Shown: in pieces, positions 11,135 to 21,552 of the stretch | How the letters are laid out: every line of letters begins with the position of its first letter | Position numbering within the stretch: position 1 is the first letter of the stretch | IMG/VR virus record: IMGVR_UViG_3300026519_000009 | Span: 12,607 to 76,606 of that record | Source of the DNA: a virus | DNA: 64,000 bases | Direction: 5' to 3' (one strand) | Position numbers and translations under genes: made by a program | The notes under the pieces: generated by a model | Database searches by the model: none | What the model saw: only the letters and a program-made list of their open reading frames with translations | Told to the model about the DNA's origin: nothing

Positions 11135-13153
11135 ATGACTGATAATATTAAAACATTAGACCCAGTACAGGGATTAATTGATTATGTAAATGATGTAAAA
11201 CCATTTCATACTAAAGTTATAGAAACGTTGGTAGAATATGTTGGGTTTGAATCGGTTAATACTACCATAAGTGAACAATACATAATGGAAATCGGGTTAA
11301 ATTATGGATATAATACACCCATAAGCGAATGTATTAATGCGATAGACGGACAAACCATTATTAATACTACGATACCAGTTCGTTCCAATATTACGTTTAT
11401 TGGCAGCCCACCGCTGCAATTATATGATTTTAATGATACTATAGTGTATGTTAATGGCATATTACAAGCGGAGTCATTAGACGGTGGCAGCCCACCCACG
11501 GGTGATTACACTATATCCGGTCCAAATCAAATAACGTTTACCAATCCTCTTATGGATGGTGATGAGGTAAAAATATATACGTTTACACATTTACAACAAG
11601 CACCAGATCAATGCTTGTTGGGTGGGTATGGTACAAATGGATTTGACTTTCCAACTAATATTCCAGTATTGTCGCCTGATATGTCAATATCATTACCGGC
11701 ATTCCCAGCAATTAGCGCCAATACACTAATTGTGTTGGGTGATCAAACAAAATTATTCAATCCAAATAAAAATTTAACGTTTCAATTAAATAGCTATATT
11801 GAAAATCCAATACTTGGAACTATGGTTAGTGATGCTAGCAATACAGGTTCTTTTATTGTAATTAACGCAACGGTAACGCCACGCACACTGGTGACAACAG
11901 AATATACTACCATAACACTTTCCGGTTTGACATTGATACCACCAGCAGTGCCCGCTGATCCAAATGAAAAATATGTTTCCATAATATCACTCGGCGGAAT
12001 ATCATATAACGGTATATTATCCTATAGTAATACCTTCGAGACAATAAATGCTGGTTCGCCACCGAATGAGGTACAAGTGCCGGACGAAGGGCATATATCC
12101 ATACCTATTGTGGGTATTAATGGTGGTTCGCCCGGTTCGTTTGTAATATCTGGTGATTTTAGAGGGAGTAATCTATTTGAACAAGATACCTTTATTGTAT
12201 CAAACTCAATAGGTAATGATGGTACATATGTTATATCTAATATATCATATGATATGGTAATGAATGAAACAACATTAACCACCTCAAGTACTATCACCGA
12301 GTTAACGATTAGTGGAAATATATCGTTAATAATACCGGCAAATGTATTTTTAATTTCAGGCGATTACACAGAATTTTTTAAACAAGGAACGGTAATTCGT
12401 GTACTATCAGGGAGTGTAATTGGTATATACACAACATTAATATCCTTTTTCAACAATAACAAAACATACATTAGGGTATTTGAAGATATTATTAATGATC
12501 CCGGCGCTGATATAATAGGAACAGTTACATCACCCGATGGAATTATAGTGAGCGGTGATCAATCAGGAACATATCTTACAGGTACCGCGTTTAATATATC
12601 GTCATCGCTGTTAAATAATGGTAGCTTTACCACAACCACTAATTCTACATATGATATAATAAATGATGAAACTACAATCCTTGTCAATGAGGCGTTAGAT
12701 ACAACGGATATTACCGGGAATATCCATGAATTTATAAGCGGTAACTTAGAAATCCTATCACCAGGATTTGGACAAACTTCACTTATTTGCGAAGAACTTC
12801 CAGACACTTTAATTAAAATAGGATTCATCGATACTCTTACAGTACAAACTACAACGGGTGGATCACCAAGTATACCAATGTTTCAATATGTTATTATAAA
12901 TACGTCTAATACAATTGGAAGCCCAATAGGCGTGAATTCAATATCAGTGCATGGGGATGCAACAAATGACATTATTAATGGAAACACGATAACTATTATA
13001 CATTCTACTTTTTCACCAAGTAATGATGGAATATATACGATATCATCCAACCCAACATATAATATCGGTGAGAATTTTACAACGTTTAATGTGTTAGAAG
13101 GTATAAATAATGTAGGTAATTCAGGTGGTTGGATTGAAGGAATTTTGCAATAA
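11135..13153 (+). CDS. Virion structural protein with repeated beta-rich modules
   Basis: 672-aa ORF with the same S-x-x-NDG-x-Y modules as the giant protein; late-promoter motif upstream. Confidence 0.65.
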   Translation: MTDNIKTLDPVQGLIDYVNDVKPFHTKVIETLVEYVGFESVNTTISEQYIMEIGLNYGYNTPISECINAIDGQTIINTTIPVRSNITFIGSPPLQLYDFNDTIVYVNGILQAESLDGGSPPTGDYTISGPNQITFTNPLMDGDEVKIYTFTHLQQAPDQCLLGGYGTNGFDFPTNIPVLSPDMSISLPAFPAISANTLIVLGDQTKLFNPNKNLTFQLNSYIENPILGTMVSDASNTGSFIVINATVTPRTLVTTEYTTITLSGLTLIPPAVPADPNEKYVSIISLGGISYNGILSYSNTFETINAGSPPNEVQVPDEGHISIPIVGINGGSPGSFVISGDFRGSNLFEQDTFIVSNSIGNDGTYVISNISYDMVMNETTLTTSSTITELTISGNISLIIPANVFLISGDYTEFFKQGTVIRVLSGSVIGIYTTLISFFNNNKTYIRVFEDIINDPGADIIGTVTSPDGIIVSGDQSGTYLTGTAFNISSSLLNNGSFTTTTNSTYDIINDETTILVNEALDTTDITGNIHEFISGNLEILSPGFGQTSLICEELPDTLIKIGFIDTLTVQTTTGGSPSIPMFQYVIINTSNTIGSPIGVNSISVHGDATNDIINGNTITIIHSTFSPSNDGIYTISSNPTYNIGENFTTFNVLEGINNVGNSGGWIEGILQ

Positions 13154-13163
13154 GGAATATAAT

Positions 13164-13397
13164 ATGGAACGATTTAATACAACAGATATTATTTTAGCAT
13201 CGGTGCTTGACTTAGCAGGGGCTGAATTAATTGATATTGAAATAAACGGTAACAAGGGAACGTTTATTTTTTCAAACGTAAACGATGAACTTATTTTCAA
13301 ATATGACCTTGCCAAATGCATGGTTGAACCAATTGCGTTTAATAACAAAATAAAACAATTAACAACAAGCGTTCGTCGAAAATTAAAACGTAAATAA
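13164..13397 (+). CDS. Small hypothetical protein (DUF5659-like)
   Basis: AAGGA RBS before ATG 13164; F-x-T-T-D-I-x-L-A-S-x-L N-terminus. Confidence 0.55.
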   Translation: MERFNTTDIILASVLDLAGAELIDIEINGNKGTFIFSNVNDELIFKYDLAKCMVEPIAFNNKIKQLTTSVRRKLKRK

Positions 13398-13455
13398 TTT
13401 TAAAAATGTTTAAGTAAGTCAATTCAAAAACACTTTTTATGGATTAAAAAAATCA

Positions 13456-13463
13456 CATAAATA
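13456..13463 (+). promoter_or_regulatory. Putative late promoter CATAAATA
   Basis: Upstream of GGAG RBS and ORF 13491. Confidence 0.55.
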
Positions 13464-13490
13464 TAATGAAATATAGGAGCGTTCGCCATA

Positions 13491-14678
13491 ATGCACAGTA
13501 ATATACCAGTTTTAATATCAGGACATGTCCTGATTGAAGATGATCTTGGAAACGTTTTGTTAGATAAAGAGAATGCCGTTCACCCACAAAATATGTCAAG
13601 AATAATTGCACGTGCATTAAGTAACGAAAGTAATTTTCGCATTAATCGTATTGCATATGGGAACGGTGGGACAAATATAGATGCCGCATTTAATATCACA
13701 TTTAACCCACCTAATGATGGCCAGCCACCCGATGTGCAAACGTGGGAATCCCGATTATACAACGAAACTTATTCCGAAATAGTAGATGATAGCAATACAG
13801 CATTGTTGGGTACCGATCCAGGTAGTGCCGGTCCAAGCGTAGGAACACGTCCAGGAGGAGGGGCAAATCCAAGTGGTGACCCAGCATCAATCACACATGT
13901 TTCCGGCCCCGGAACACGAAGTAGGGAACTTGGTCTAACTTCTGAGGTTCTAATAGTATCAGTATTAAATCCATCCGAACCAACCGGTCAGTTTGCAAAT
14001 GATCAAACATTAAGCAATATTAATTCACCGTTTACATTCGATGAATTGGCGCTATTTACAACTGGTCAACAAGCCGCCGCCTCATCCGGTTCACAAGATA
14101 TTGATGTTGGTAATAAAACTTCAACCGATCTTACTAATCTAGTAATGGGTACCACATATACCTTTCAAATCGCCGTAGATGCAGCTACCTCCGCGCCCAT
14201 ATCATATACCACAGTCTCATTAACACCACCAACCGCCACCACCACCTTCGGTGAACTATGCGAAGCATTAAATAATATTACGGGTGCTACAGGTATTGCG
14301 TGGGGTGTATCAACACCACTACCCAGCTTAACCACTTGTTCAATTACAGATACAACATTTGGTACGTACCCATCAATTGAAGGGCTACAGACCTTTGGCT
14401 TTTTAAGGTTTACTAGTGGAACCGCTGGAAATACATCGAAAATTAGGGTTATTGGGGATGGTAGTCCTACCGATTTGTTCGTTGGTTTAGCAGGCACAGT
14501 GGTAACACCAGCAGCCGATGGAAATGATAAGGGTGTTCAAAATAACGCAACCAATCCATCAACAGAACAAGAGCGAATGTTAACACATTTAATATTCGCA
14601 CCTATAATTAAGGCGGCCAATAGAACACTTACGATAACGTATACACTCACGGTTGCGGTTGGACGAACGCAAACCTAA
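13491..14678 (+). CDS. Virion structural protein
   Basis: 395 aa, G/T/P-rich; GHVLIED...NAVH N-terminus and FDEL...LTHLIFAPIIKAANRTLTITYTL C-terminus, typical of tail/baseplate-associated phage proteins. Confidence 0.6.
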   Translation: MHSNIPVLISGHVLIEDDLGNVLLDKENAVHPQNMSRIIARALSNESNFRINRIAYGNGGTNIDAAFNITFNPPNDGQPPDVQTWESRLYNETYSEIVDDSNTALLGTDPGSAGPSVGTRPGGGANPSGDPASITHVSGPGTRSRELGLTSEVLIVSVLNPSEPTGQFANDQTLSNINSPFTFDELALFTTGQQAAASSGSQDIDVGNKTSTDLTNLVMGTTYTFQIAVDAATSAPISYTTVSLTPPTATTTFGELCEALNNITGATGIAWGVSTPLPSLTTCSITDTTFGTYPSIEGLQTFGFLRFTSGTAGNTSKIRVIGDGSPTDLFVGLAGTVVTPAADGNDKGVQNNATNPSTEQERMLTHLIFAPIIKAANRTLTITYTLTVAVGRTQT

Positions 14679-14701
14679 ATTCGCAGTGATATGGAACAGA
14701 T

Positions 14702-14761
14702 TTGAAGCGAGCACTTCCAATTCGGTAAGCTGAATTTGGTTGTGCTCGCCCGGTAATTTAG
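14702..14761 (-). mobile_element. Mini hairpin element (degenerate)
   Basis: Minus strand TTAT|CTAAATTACCGGGCGAGCACAACCAAATTCAGCTTACCGAATTGGAAGTGCTCGCTTCAA, between convergent genes. Confidence 0.75.
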
Positions 14762-14779
14762 ATAATGCGTTAGCAATCG

Positions 14780-14980
14780 CTATTTCAACAATGCGTTGTG
14801 AATTGTTTTGGCAGTAGTATATCCATCTACCCATTTATCGAATAAATCACGTTCCGAGCAGCAATTATATATATTACATGATAAACCATGTTCTTCAAAA
14901 AAAGCAACCCACCCAAGATTATAAGCATGTTCTTCTGGTGTTGGTGTAATCGGTTCATTATTTAAACTATTCATGCGCAT
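14780..14980 (-). CDS. Small Rmf/CrpP-like protein
   Basis: A-Y-x-x-G-W...C-x-x-Y...W-x-x-G-Y pattern resembling ribosome modulation factor; coupled to the prs stop. Confidence 0.45.
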   Translation of the reverse strand: MRMNSLNNEPITPTPEEHAYNLGWVAFFEEHGLSCNIYNCCSERDLFDKWVDGYTTAKTIHNALLK

Positions 14981-15933
14981 ATCTCACTGACTGATGTTCC
15001 TAAATGGATTCTCCTTATTGTTTCCGCTAACAAAGAGGCAATTGATATCACCCGAACTTTAGACTGTGAATCAATATCAATATTTAATATAGTATCAGTT
15101 ATTACTACTTCTGACAATATCGAATTTTCGATATTATCGAACGCACTACCCGATAACACTCCATGCGTGGCATATGCACACACCGATGCAGCGCCCTTTT
15201 CATGTAATGCGGCTGCCGCTTTCACAAGCGTACCTGCGGTATCTACAATATCATCTACAATGATACAGTCCTTACCTTGAACATCGCCGATTACATTCAT
15301 AACCTGCGACACATTTGGTGATGGTCTGCGTTTATCTATTATGGATAAATCCGCATCATTTATTTGCTTAGCAATAAATCGGGCACGCGCTACGCCACCT
15401 GTGTCAGGACTAACAATAACCACATTATTAATATTAGCTTGATACTTTCGCCAGATATCACCAACAATAATTGGCATTGCGGAAATATTGGTTACTGGTA
15501 TGGAGAAAAAACCTTGTTGTTGTTCCGAATGTAAATCAACTACAACAAGTTGCGATATGCCGGATGATTCAATTAAGTCCGCTACTAGTTTTGATGTTAT
15601 GGCTACCCTACTATAACTCGGACGACGATCTTGCCTTGAATATCCATAATATGGAACAACACCTATGATATCACTAGCTCCTGAACGTTTGGCAGCATCC
15701 GCGATTATAAGCAGTTCCATTATATTATCATTAGCAGGGGCACTTGTCGGTTGGATAATAAAAACAGATTGTTTTCGAACTGGCTCATTCAATTCAACAC
15801 ACGTTTCATTATCACTGAAAGAACTAACATCTATTTTACCAAGTCGATGTTGTAATGTCGCTGCAATATTAGTAGATAGTGCAATATTTGCAGTTCCTGA
15901 AAAAATAATGGTATTTGTTAAATCCTTATTCAT
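14971..15933 (-). CDS. prs: Ribose-phosphate pyrophosphokinase
   Basis: PYYGYSRQDR, VDLH, SPDTGG and VDDIVDTAGT (PRPP-binding loop) motifs. Confidence 0.97.
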   Translation of the reverse strand: MNKDLTNTIIFSGTANIALSTNIAATLQHRLGKIDVSSFSDNETCVELNEPVRKQSVFIIQPTSAPANDNIMELLIIADAAKRSGASDIIGVVPYYGYSRQDRRPSYSRVAITSKLVADLIESSGISQLVVVDLHSEQQQGFFSIPVTNISAMPIIVGDIWRKYQANINNVVIVSPDTGGVARARFIAKQINDADLSIIDKRRPSPNVSQVMNVIGDVQGKDCIIVDDIVDTAGTLVKAAAALHEKGAASVCAYATHGVLSGSAFDNIENSILSEVVITDTILNIDIDSQSKVRVISIASLLAETIRRIHLGTSVSEICA

Positions 15934-15957
15934 TATAGCACTTTTGTTTCAAATATA

Positions 15958-16632
15958 TCAATTTTCATCATTTTCACCATTCATTATGTTTTCTATTATT
16001 AAATCAAGTACCGAACTAATTTCGGTACGCACATCCTCAATTGAACCGGTTGCATCAATAACATGATATCGGTCGGTGTTTGCTGCTGCACGACTGAGGT
16101 ATGTGGTTCTAACACGTTCAATAAAGTCGGTTGGTTCGCGTTCAATACGATCCTTTTCCTCTTCCACTCTGCGCACCTGTCTAACGCTGGCAGGTAAATC
16201 CATAATAAAAGTAAGGTCTGGGCGTAATTCACCAAGCACCCAATCTTCTAACAACGCAATTCTATTATGTGGAATCCCGCGCCCACCACCTTGATATGCA
16301 TATGTAGAATCGGTGAATCTGTCACATAACACCCAGTCGCCCATAGATAATGTTGGTTCAATTACGCTTTGAATATGTTGCGCCCTCGCTGCAAACAACA
16401 TTAATAATTCGGCATCATTTACAATATTAGGTTGATCAGCGTTTAGTAGTATTGCCCGCAACTGTTCACCTAACAGTGTTCCACCTGGTTCACGGGTATG
16501 CCTTATATTAATTCCCATAGGCGCTAAGCGGGCCGATAAATATTCTATAGCATATCCCATTTGTGTACTTTTACCACCACCATCCCCGCCATCTATCGTT
16601 ATAAACATACCACGCTTAATTGTACTATTCAT
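15958..16632 (-). CDS. tmk: Thymidylate (dTMP) kinase
   Basis: P-loop DGGDGGGKST, TREPGGT, CDRFTDSTYAYQGGGRG. Confidence 0.96.
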   Translation of the reverse strand: MNSTIKRGMFITIDGGDGGGKSTQMGYAIEYLSARLAPMGINIRHTREPGGTLLGEQLRAILLNADQPNIVNDAELLMLFAARAQHIQSVIEPTLSMGDWVLCDRFTDSTYAYQGGGRGIPHNRIALLEDWVLGELRPDLTFIMDLPASVRQVRRVEEEKDRIEREPTDFIERVRTTYLSRAAANTDRYHVIDATGSIEDVRTEISSVLDLIIENIMNGENDEN

Positions 16633-17747
16633 AAACTTAATTCATCCAAAATTGTTTTGTCCACATCTTGTTTTATGTCAGAAATCAAATATGAAGATAA
16701 TTCCACTTCTTGTGGTGCCACTTGTACATCACCACCACTAATCCACTGCTTAGTCCATGGTAAAGGATTAGAAGTTGGGTGTTCAAAATCCACATCAATT
16801 CCAACCGAACGCATTCTTCTACTAGCAATGTATTCAATATATTGTCCAAGAATTTCTTCACTGAGACCAATCATAGATCCATACTTAAATAAATATCGCG
16901 CCCAATCCTTTTCTTGTGTAATTGCGTCATGAAACATTTCCAGAACATCATTATAACATTCCTGTTTTATTTTTACAAAATCTTTATCGTCTTTAGGTAA
17001 TGTTCTTAAAAAATATTGGGTTGACCCAAGGTGAATATTTTCATCACGGCATATTAGCTTAATTTCTTTTGCATTTCCTTCCATTAATTTTAATTCAGAA
17101 AAGTTCCAAGAACAAGCAAATGATACATAAAAACGAATACCTTCTAAAATATTAGCACTATTCATTGCCAACCAAAAAGCTTTTTTATGCTCATACTCAT
17201 CATATTTAAGTTTATCAATAATACCACACCGGGAAGCATCGCGTAGGGTATTATGATATGCGAGAATATTATAATATTTAGATATAGATTCAATAAAGGT
17301 TGTTATTTCTGGAATCTTCATGATGTTATCAAAAACTTCGGAAGGGTTTGAATATATATTCTTAATTATATGGGTATACGCCCGACTATGTATCGTTTCA
17401 TTTGCCCCCCAAGTTTCAATCCATACCTCAACTTCAGGAAGACTGGCTAATGGAAGAAACACTAAGTTTGGACCACGGCCATTTACCGTATCTGCCGCAA
17501 TCTGTCTAAATAAATTACTGGTAAATATATGTTGTTGTTCTTGTGGTAAACTATGAAAATCGCGCTTATCCTTTGTTAAATCGAGTTCCTCTGGTCGCCA
17601 AAAAAAGGAAAGTTGGGTATTCGTAAAATTGTCAAATTGTGAATATTTTACTTCTTCATATCTTGCAATTTGTGGCCCACCATTTTCATCAAAAAACATT
17701 TTTGATTTTAAATGGTGTGTAGCCTTATGATTAAATACTTTATCCAT
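16629..17747 (-). CDS. nrdB: Ribonucleotide reductase class Ia beta subunit
   Basis: FFWRPEE, ETIHSRAY, LEGIRFYVSFACS, RDENIH and VAPQEVELSSY motifs. Confidence 0.98.
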   Translation of the reverse strand: MDKVFNHKATHHLKSKMFFDENGGPQIARYEEVKYSQFDNFTNTQLSFFWRPEELDLTKDKRDFHSLPQEQQHIFTSNLFRQIAADTVNGRGPNLVFLPLASLPEVEVWIETWGANETIHSRAYTHIIKNIYSNPSEVFDNIMKIPEITTFIESISKYYNILAYHNTLRDASRCGIIDKLKYDEYEHKKAFWLAMNSANILEGIRFYVSFACSWNFSELKLMEGNAKEIKLICRDENIHLGSTQYFLRTLPKDDKDFVKIKQECYNDVLEMFHDAITQEKDWARYLFKYGSMIGLSEEILGQYIEYIASRRMRSVGIDVDFEHPTSNPLPWTKQWISGGDVQVAPQEVELSSYLISDIKQDVDKTILDELSL

Positions 17748-17757
17748 TATGATTTAC

Positions 17758-18777
17758 CGTTGTTAAAATAGTAACAAAATGTAACAAGTGTTTTTTGTTA
17801 CTGATTATTCACAATGTCAACGAGCTTGCCAAGATGATCTTTGGACTGACGGCTCTCTTTTGTGCGTTTTTGGCCTCCTTGCAACGCATGGCGACCATAC
17901 TCTTTTAAATTATTTGCTGCATTAAAATCACGATCCATATTAACACCACAATCACAACTATACAACCGTTCCGACAATGTTAAATCGTTTTTTAATTGTC
18001 CGCAGCCACTACATACCGCGATTGCTTCCTTTCTTCTTTCGTGCCATTTCCGTTGCAACCGTGCCAACCGATTAAGATTGGATTTAAGGCATTGATTAGC
18101 TGGGAAAATTGTCCCATTGCTAATCACTGCCAATTCTTTAATTCCTAAATCAACGCCACCAATTGCTTCGCGGTTATGATCCTGTGGATCATATTCGTTG
18201 GTTTCAACCAAGATCGATGCGAAGTATTTTCCGGCGTGTTTACTAATAGTAACCTGCTTGGTCTGCCCGGCAAATCGTAATCGTTGCCGCATTTTTATCT
18301 TGGTCTTTAACTTTTCAATCCGTAGTTCTCGGCCAGCCACATCAAACTTTTCCGCTTCGCGCAAGGCAAATGAGTCACGAACACCCCGTCGTTTGAATCG
18401 GGAAAAGCCCGGTGTCTGTCCCTTCTTCACCCGACGAAAGAAATGACTAAAGGCATTATCCAAATCATCAATCGCATTGCGCGTAACACGCGATGACACC
18501 TCATTGTACCATGGAAACGTAGGTCTAATAACTCTCATGAAATGCTGATAACCAGCAGCTTTCGACCACTTATTCTCTGGATGACTAAAATGCGCCAGCA
18601 ATTGATTATAGCAATGCCGCCGATGACCACAGGCCATATCCAAATATTGGATATGGCCTGCTGTAGGTCGCAATTCAATTTTGTGTGCTAGTAACATAGT
18701 AGTATTTATCTACAAAATGTAACACGACTTGTTACATTTTGTCAAGTTTAGTTACATTTTAATCAACTGTTGGCAGC
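17758..18777 (-). mobile_element. IS607-like non-autonomous element (tnpB only) inserted at the GG of the nrdB RBS
   Basis: Minus strand: AATAATAA-GG-CTGCCAACAGT...tnpB...TTACTATTTTAACAAC-GG-TAAATCATAATG. Short repeats (AAAATGTAAC/GTTACATTTT) at both ends and no terminal inverted repeats. Confidence 0.7.
17798..18697 (-). CDS. tnpB: TnpB-family protein with an internal in-frame deletion (RuvC-II region absent)
   Basis: HTH-type N-terminus (AHKIELRPT), RuvC-I GVDLGIK, Zn finger CSGCG...CDCG, RuvC-III DRDFNAANNL. The bridge helix runs directly into the Zn finger. Confidence 0.88.
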   Translation of the reverse strand: MLLAHKIELRPTAGHIQYLDMACGHRRHCYNQLLAHFSHPENKWSKAAGYQHFMRVIRPTFPWYNEVSSRVTRNAIDDLDNAFSHFFRRVKKGQTPGFSRFKRRGVRDSFALREAEKFDVAGRELRIEKLKTKIKMRQRLRFAGQTKQVTISKHAGKYFASILVETNEYDPQDHNREAIGGVDLGIKELAVISNGTIFPANQCLKSNLNRLARLQRKWHERRKEAIAVCSGCGQLKNDLTLSERLYSCDCGVNMDRDFNAANNLKEYGRHALQGGQKRTKESRQSKDHLGKLVDIVNNQ

Positions 18778-18829
18778 CTTATTATTATTATTGCACTATT
18801 ATGGTTAATATATATTTATATGTTTATCA

Positions 18830-21187
18830 TCACAATACACATGAATCGCATTGATCATCGACATCAACATCATCATCCTTTTCTAAAATAACTTCACCAG
18901 CACCATCACTTGTATTTTGATAATACAACGTCTTAATTCCAAGCTTATATGCATAAATTATGTCCTTCAACAATTCTGACATCGGTACTTTACTATCGGC
19001 ATAGTTCTTAGGGTTATATGTTGTATTTGTTGATATCGACTGATCCGCCCACTTTTGAAATATGGCGGCTATTTCTAAATATCCACGTGTATGCGGCATG
19101 TCCCACAGGTATTCATATTTGTTTTTTAATTTATGGAACTCTGGTACTACTTGCTTCAGTGTACCATCCTTAGAACTCTTTATTGATACCGCCGCCCTTG
19201 GTGGTTCTATGCCATTCGACGAATTGATGACTTGGCTGGAACTTTCAATTGGCATCAATGCCATGACGGTTGAATTGCGCATTCCATGTTCTAATATTTC
19301 TTTTCGCAATGGTTCCCAGTCTATATGTGATGTTACCGTCAATAAACTATCTACTTCTTTTTTATAAGTATCAATCGGCAATATACCATCTGAATATTTA
19401 GTTTCATCGAACCAATCACATTTACCCTTTTCTTTAGCAAGGTTAACTGACGTGTTAATTAAGTGATATGATATCTTTTCGGCATATTCATTAACTAATT
19501 CATTTGCAGAACTGTCTGAATATTTAACACCATTTTTTGCAAGGAAGTATGCAAGATTACCAATCCCTACTCCCAATGTTCTGCGTTTATGCGCAGGAAT
19601 CGCGGCGGCAATCATTGGATAATCCTGATAGTCAAGTAATTCATCCAAACCACGAATAATAAGGTCACATGCAAGTATAATGTCTTCATCCGTCCGCATC
19701 ATGCCCATGTTTATTCCACCTAATGTACAAAGTGCGATTTCACCATATTTTTCACGAAAATCTTTCGGGGTAACATCTTTGAATTCTTCTAAATGGGTTT
19801 CCGATTCAAATGCTATGCGACTATTGCGTGTCAAAGGGGCGGTCGAAAGTGTAATTTCTGCACATAAATTTGACATTCTTACCGGACTAGTTTCTTCTTT
19901 AAATGAACTATGTGTATTCGAATGGTCAACATTGTGTATATAAATTCGACCGGTGTTGTTTCGTTCCATTATGACATTAGAAAAATGTTCTAATGCAGAT
20001 AGTGTTTTTTTCTTAATGGAATACGCACGTTCATATTTTTCATATAATTCACCGAACAGTTTCTGATCTTCAAAGAATGCGGCATATAAGTCTGGAACAT
20101 CATATGGATTAAATAATGTAATTTTTTCTCCCTTCAATAACCGTGTATATAGATACCCATTTATTTGGACACCATAGTCCATATGGCGAACACGGGTTTC
20201 TTCGGTTCCTTTATTATTTTTCAACACTATTAAATCTTCTGCTTCTAAATGCCAAATGGGGAAATATACGGTCGCGGATGCCCCCCGAATTGCACCTTGA
20301 CTACAACTCTTCAATGCGGCGTTAAAGTATTTGTAGAACGGAATATTACCGGTATGGAACGCTTCGCCCTCACGTATCGGCGATCCTTTAGCACGAATGG
20401 CACCCGCACCAATCCCAATCCCCGCACGCCGTGACGCATAGTCTACGATGCTACTCGCAACTTCATTAATACTACTTAGGCTATCACCTGTTTCGATCAA
20501 TGTACATGAACTAAATTGTCGTGTTGGTGTACGCATTCCTGCTATTAATGGCGTAGGTAAGGTGAATAATGATTTTGGACCTTTTGATATTGCATCATAA
20601 TAAGAACGAATATACCGCATTTTTGTATCTTCGGGATATTTACTAAATAATATGGCAGCAATAAGAATATACGCCATTTGTGGCGTTTCATAATATCTGC
20701 CTGTTATTCGGTCCTGCACCAAATATTTACCACGAAATTGTTCAACGCCCGCATATGATAATAACATATCGCGTTCATGTTTTACTATTTTATCTAATTT
20801 CATCCATTCATCTTCGGTAAATAATGATATAAGTTCGGAATCATATACACCTAACCTAATACATTTCTTAACATGTTCGATTAATACAGGAGGCTCGAAG
20901 CAATCATATGCCGTCTTACGCAACGTGAATATTGCTAACCGTGCAGCAACCCACTGATAGTTTGGATATTCTTCGGATATTAAATTGGCTGCGGATTTTA
21001 TTAAAGTTTCATGTATTTCTGATGTAGGGATTTTATTATACAGCTGCATTTTAGTTTTTATTTCAATTTCTGAAACTGAAACATTTGATATATTTTCGGT
21101 GCCCCAAAAAAGAACTGTGTGGATTTTGTCAAAATCCAATGGTGCTGTTTTACCATTCCGTTTAGTTACGTGAAGAAGATCGGTCAT
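18830..21187 (-). CDS. nrdA: Ribonucleotide reductase class Ia alpha subunit
   Basis: ATP-cone (VTKRNG), QFSSC, SNLCAEI, KTLYY and C-terminal CDSC. Confidence 0.98.
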   Translation of the reverse strand: MTDLLHVTKRNGKTAPLDFDKIHTVLFWGTENISNVSVSEIEIKTKMQLYNKIPTSEIHETLIKSAANLISEEYPNYQWVAARLAIFTLRKTAYDCFEPPVLIEHVKKCIRLGVYDSELISLFTEDEWMKLDKIVKHERDMLLSYAGVEQFRGKYLVQDRITGRYYETPQMAYILIAAILFSKYPEDTKMRYIRSYYDAISKGPKSLFTLPTPLIAGMRTPTRQFSSCTLIETGDSLSSINEVASSIVDYASRRAGIGIGAGAIRAKGSPIREGEAFHTGNIPFYKYFNAALKSCSQGAIRGASATVYFPIWHLEAEDLIVLKNNKGTEETRVRHMDYGVQINGYLYTRLLKGEKITLFNPYDVPDLYAAFFEDQKLFGELYEKYERAYSIKKKTLSALEHFSNVIMERNNTGRIYIHNVDHSNTHSSFKEETSPVRMSNLCAEITLSTAPLTRNSRIAFESETHLEEFKDVTPKDFREKYGEIALCTLGGINMGMMRTDEDIILACDLIIRGLDELLDYQDYPMIAAAIPAHKRRTLGVGIGNLAYFLAKNGVKYSDSSANELVNEYAEKISYHLINTSVNLAKEKGKCDWFDETKYSDGILPIDTYKKEVDSLLTVTSHIDWEPLRKEILEHGMRNSTVMALMPIESSSQVINSSNGIEPPRAAVSIKSSKDGTLKQVVPEFHKLKNKYEYLWDMPHTRGYLEIAAIFQKWADQSISTNTTYNPKNYADSKVPMSELLKDIIYAYKLGIKTLYYQNTSDGAGEVILEKDDDVDVDDQCDSCVL

Positions 21188-21235
21188 TTAACTACCTTAT
21201 TATTGTTGTTATTATTGTAATTATAATTATAATTA

Positions 21236-21481
21236 TTGTTGCACAGTATCAATATCTATAATATATGTCAATATATAATCGACATATATATCATTATGAC
21301 GATGAACGAAAAAGATGCATTATTGGCATATTTAGAAATCAAATTATTTGAATTATATTCAAACACTGAACGATATATATATAGCCCTGGGTTGCATATT
21401 CTACATGAAGAAATTTATAACCTATTATTAGAAATAGATGATAGTATCATATGTAGCGATATCGACATTACTTCACATTAA
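21236..21481 (+). CDS. Hypothetical protein (true start probably a downstream ATG near 21297-21303)
   Basis: Short ORF filling the gap between nrdA and the gp5-like gene. Confidence 0.35.
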   Translation: MLHSINIYNICQYIIDIYIIMTMNEKDALLAYLEIKLFELYSNTERYIYSPGLHILHEEIYNLLLEIDDSIICSDIDITSH

Positions 21482-21487
21482 GCGTTG

Positions 21488-21547
21488 TTGAAGCGACTAC
21501 CACCAAATCAGCAAGCTGAATTTGGAAGTGGTATTCCGGCAACTTGG
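21488..21547 (-). mobile_element. Mini hairpin element
   Basis: Minus strand CCAAGTTGCCGGAATACCACTTCCAAATTCAGCTTGCTGATTTGGTGGTAGTCGCTTCAA. Confidence 0.88.
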
Positions 21548-21552
21548 GTATT

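Noticed and set aside
17758-18777. Group I intron or IStron in the nrd operon
   Set aside because: nrdA and nrdB are uninterrupted, and the element's non-coding ends are too short (<100 bp) for a ribozyme core.
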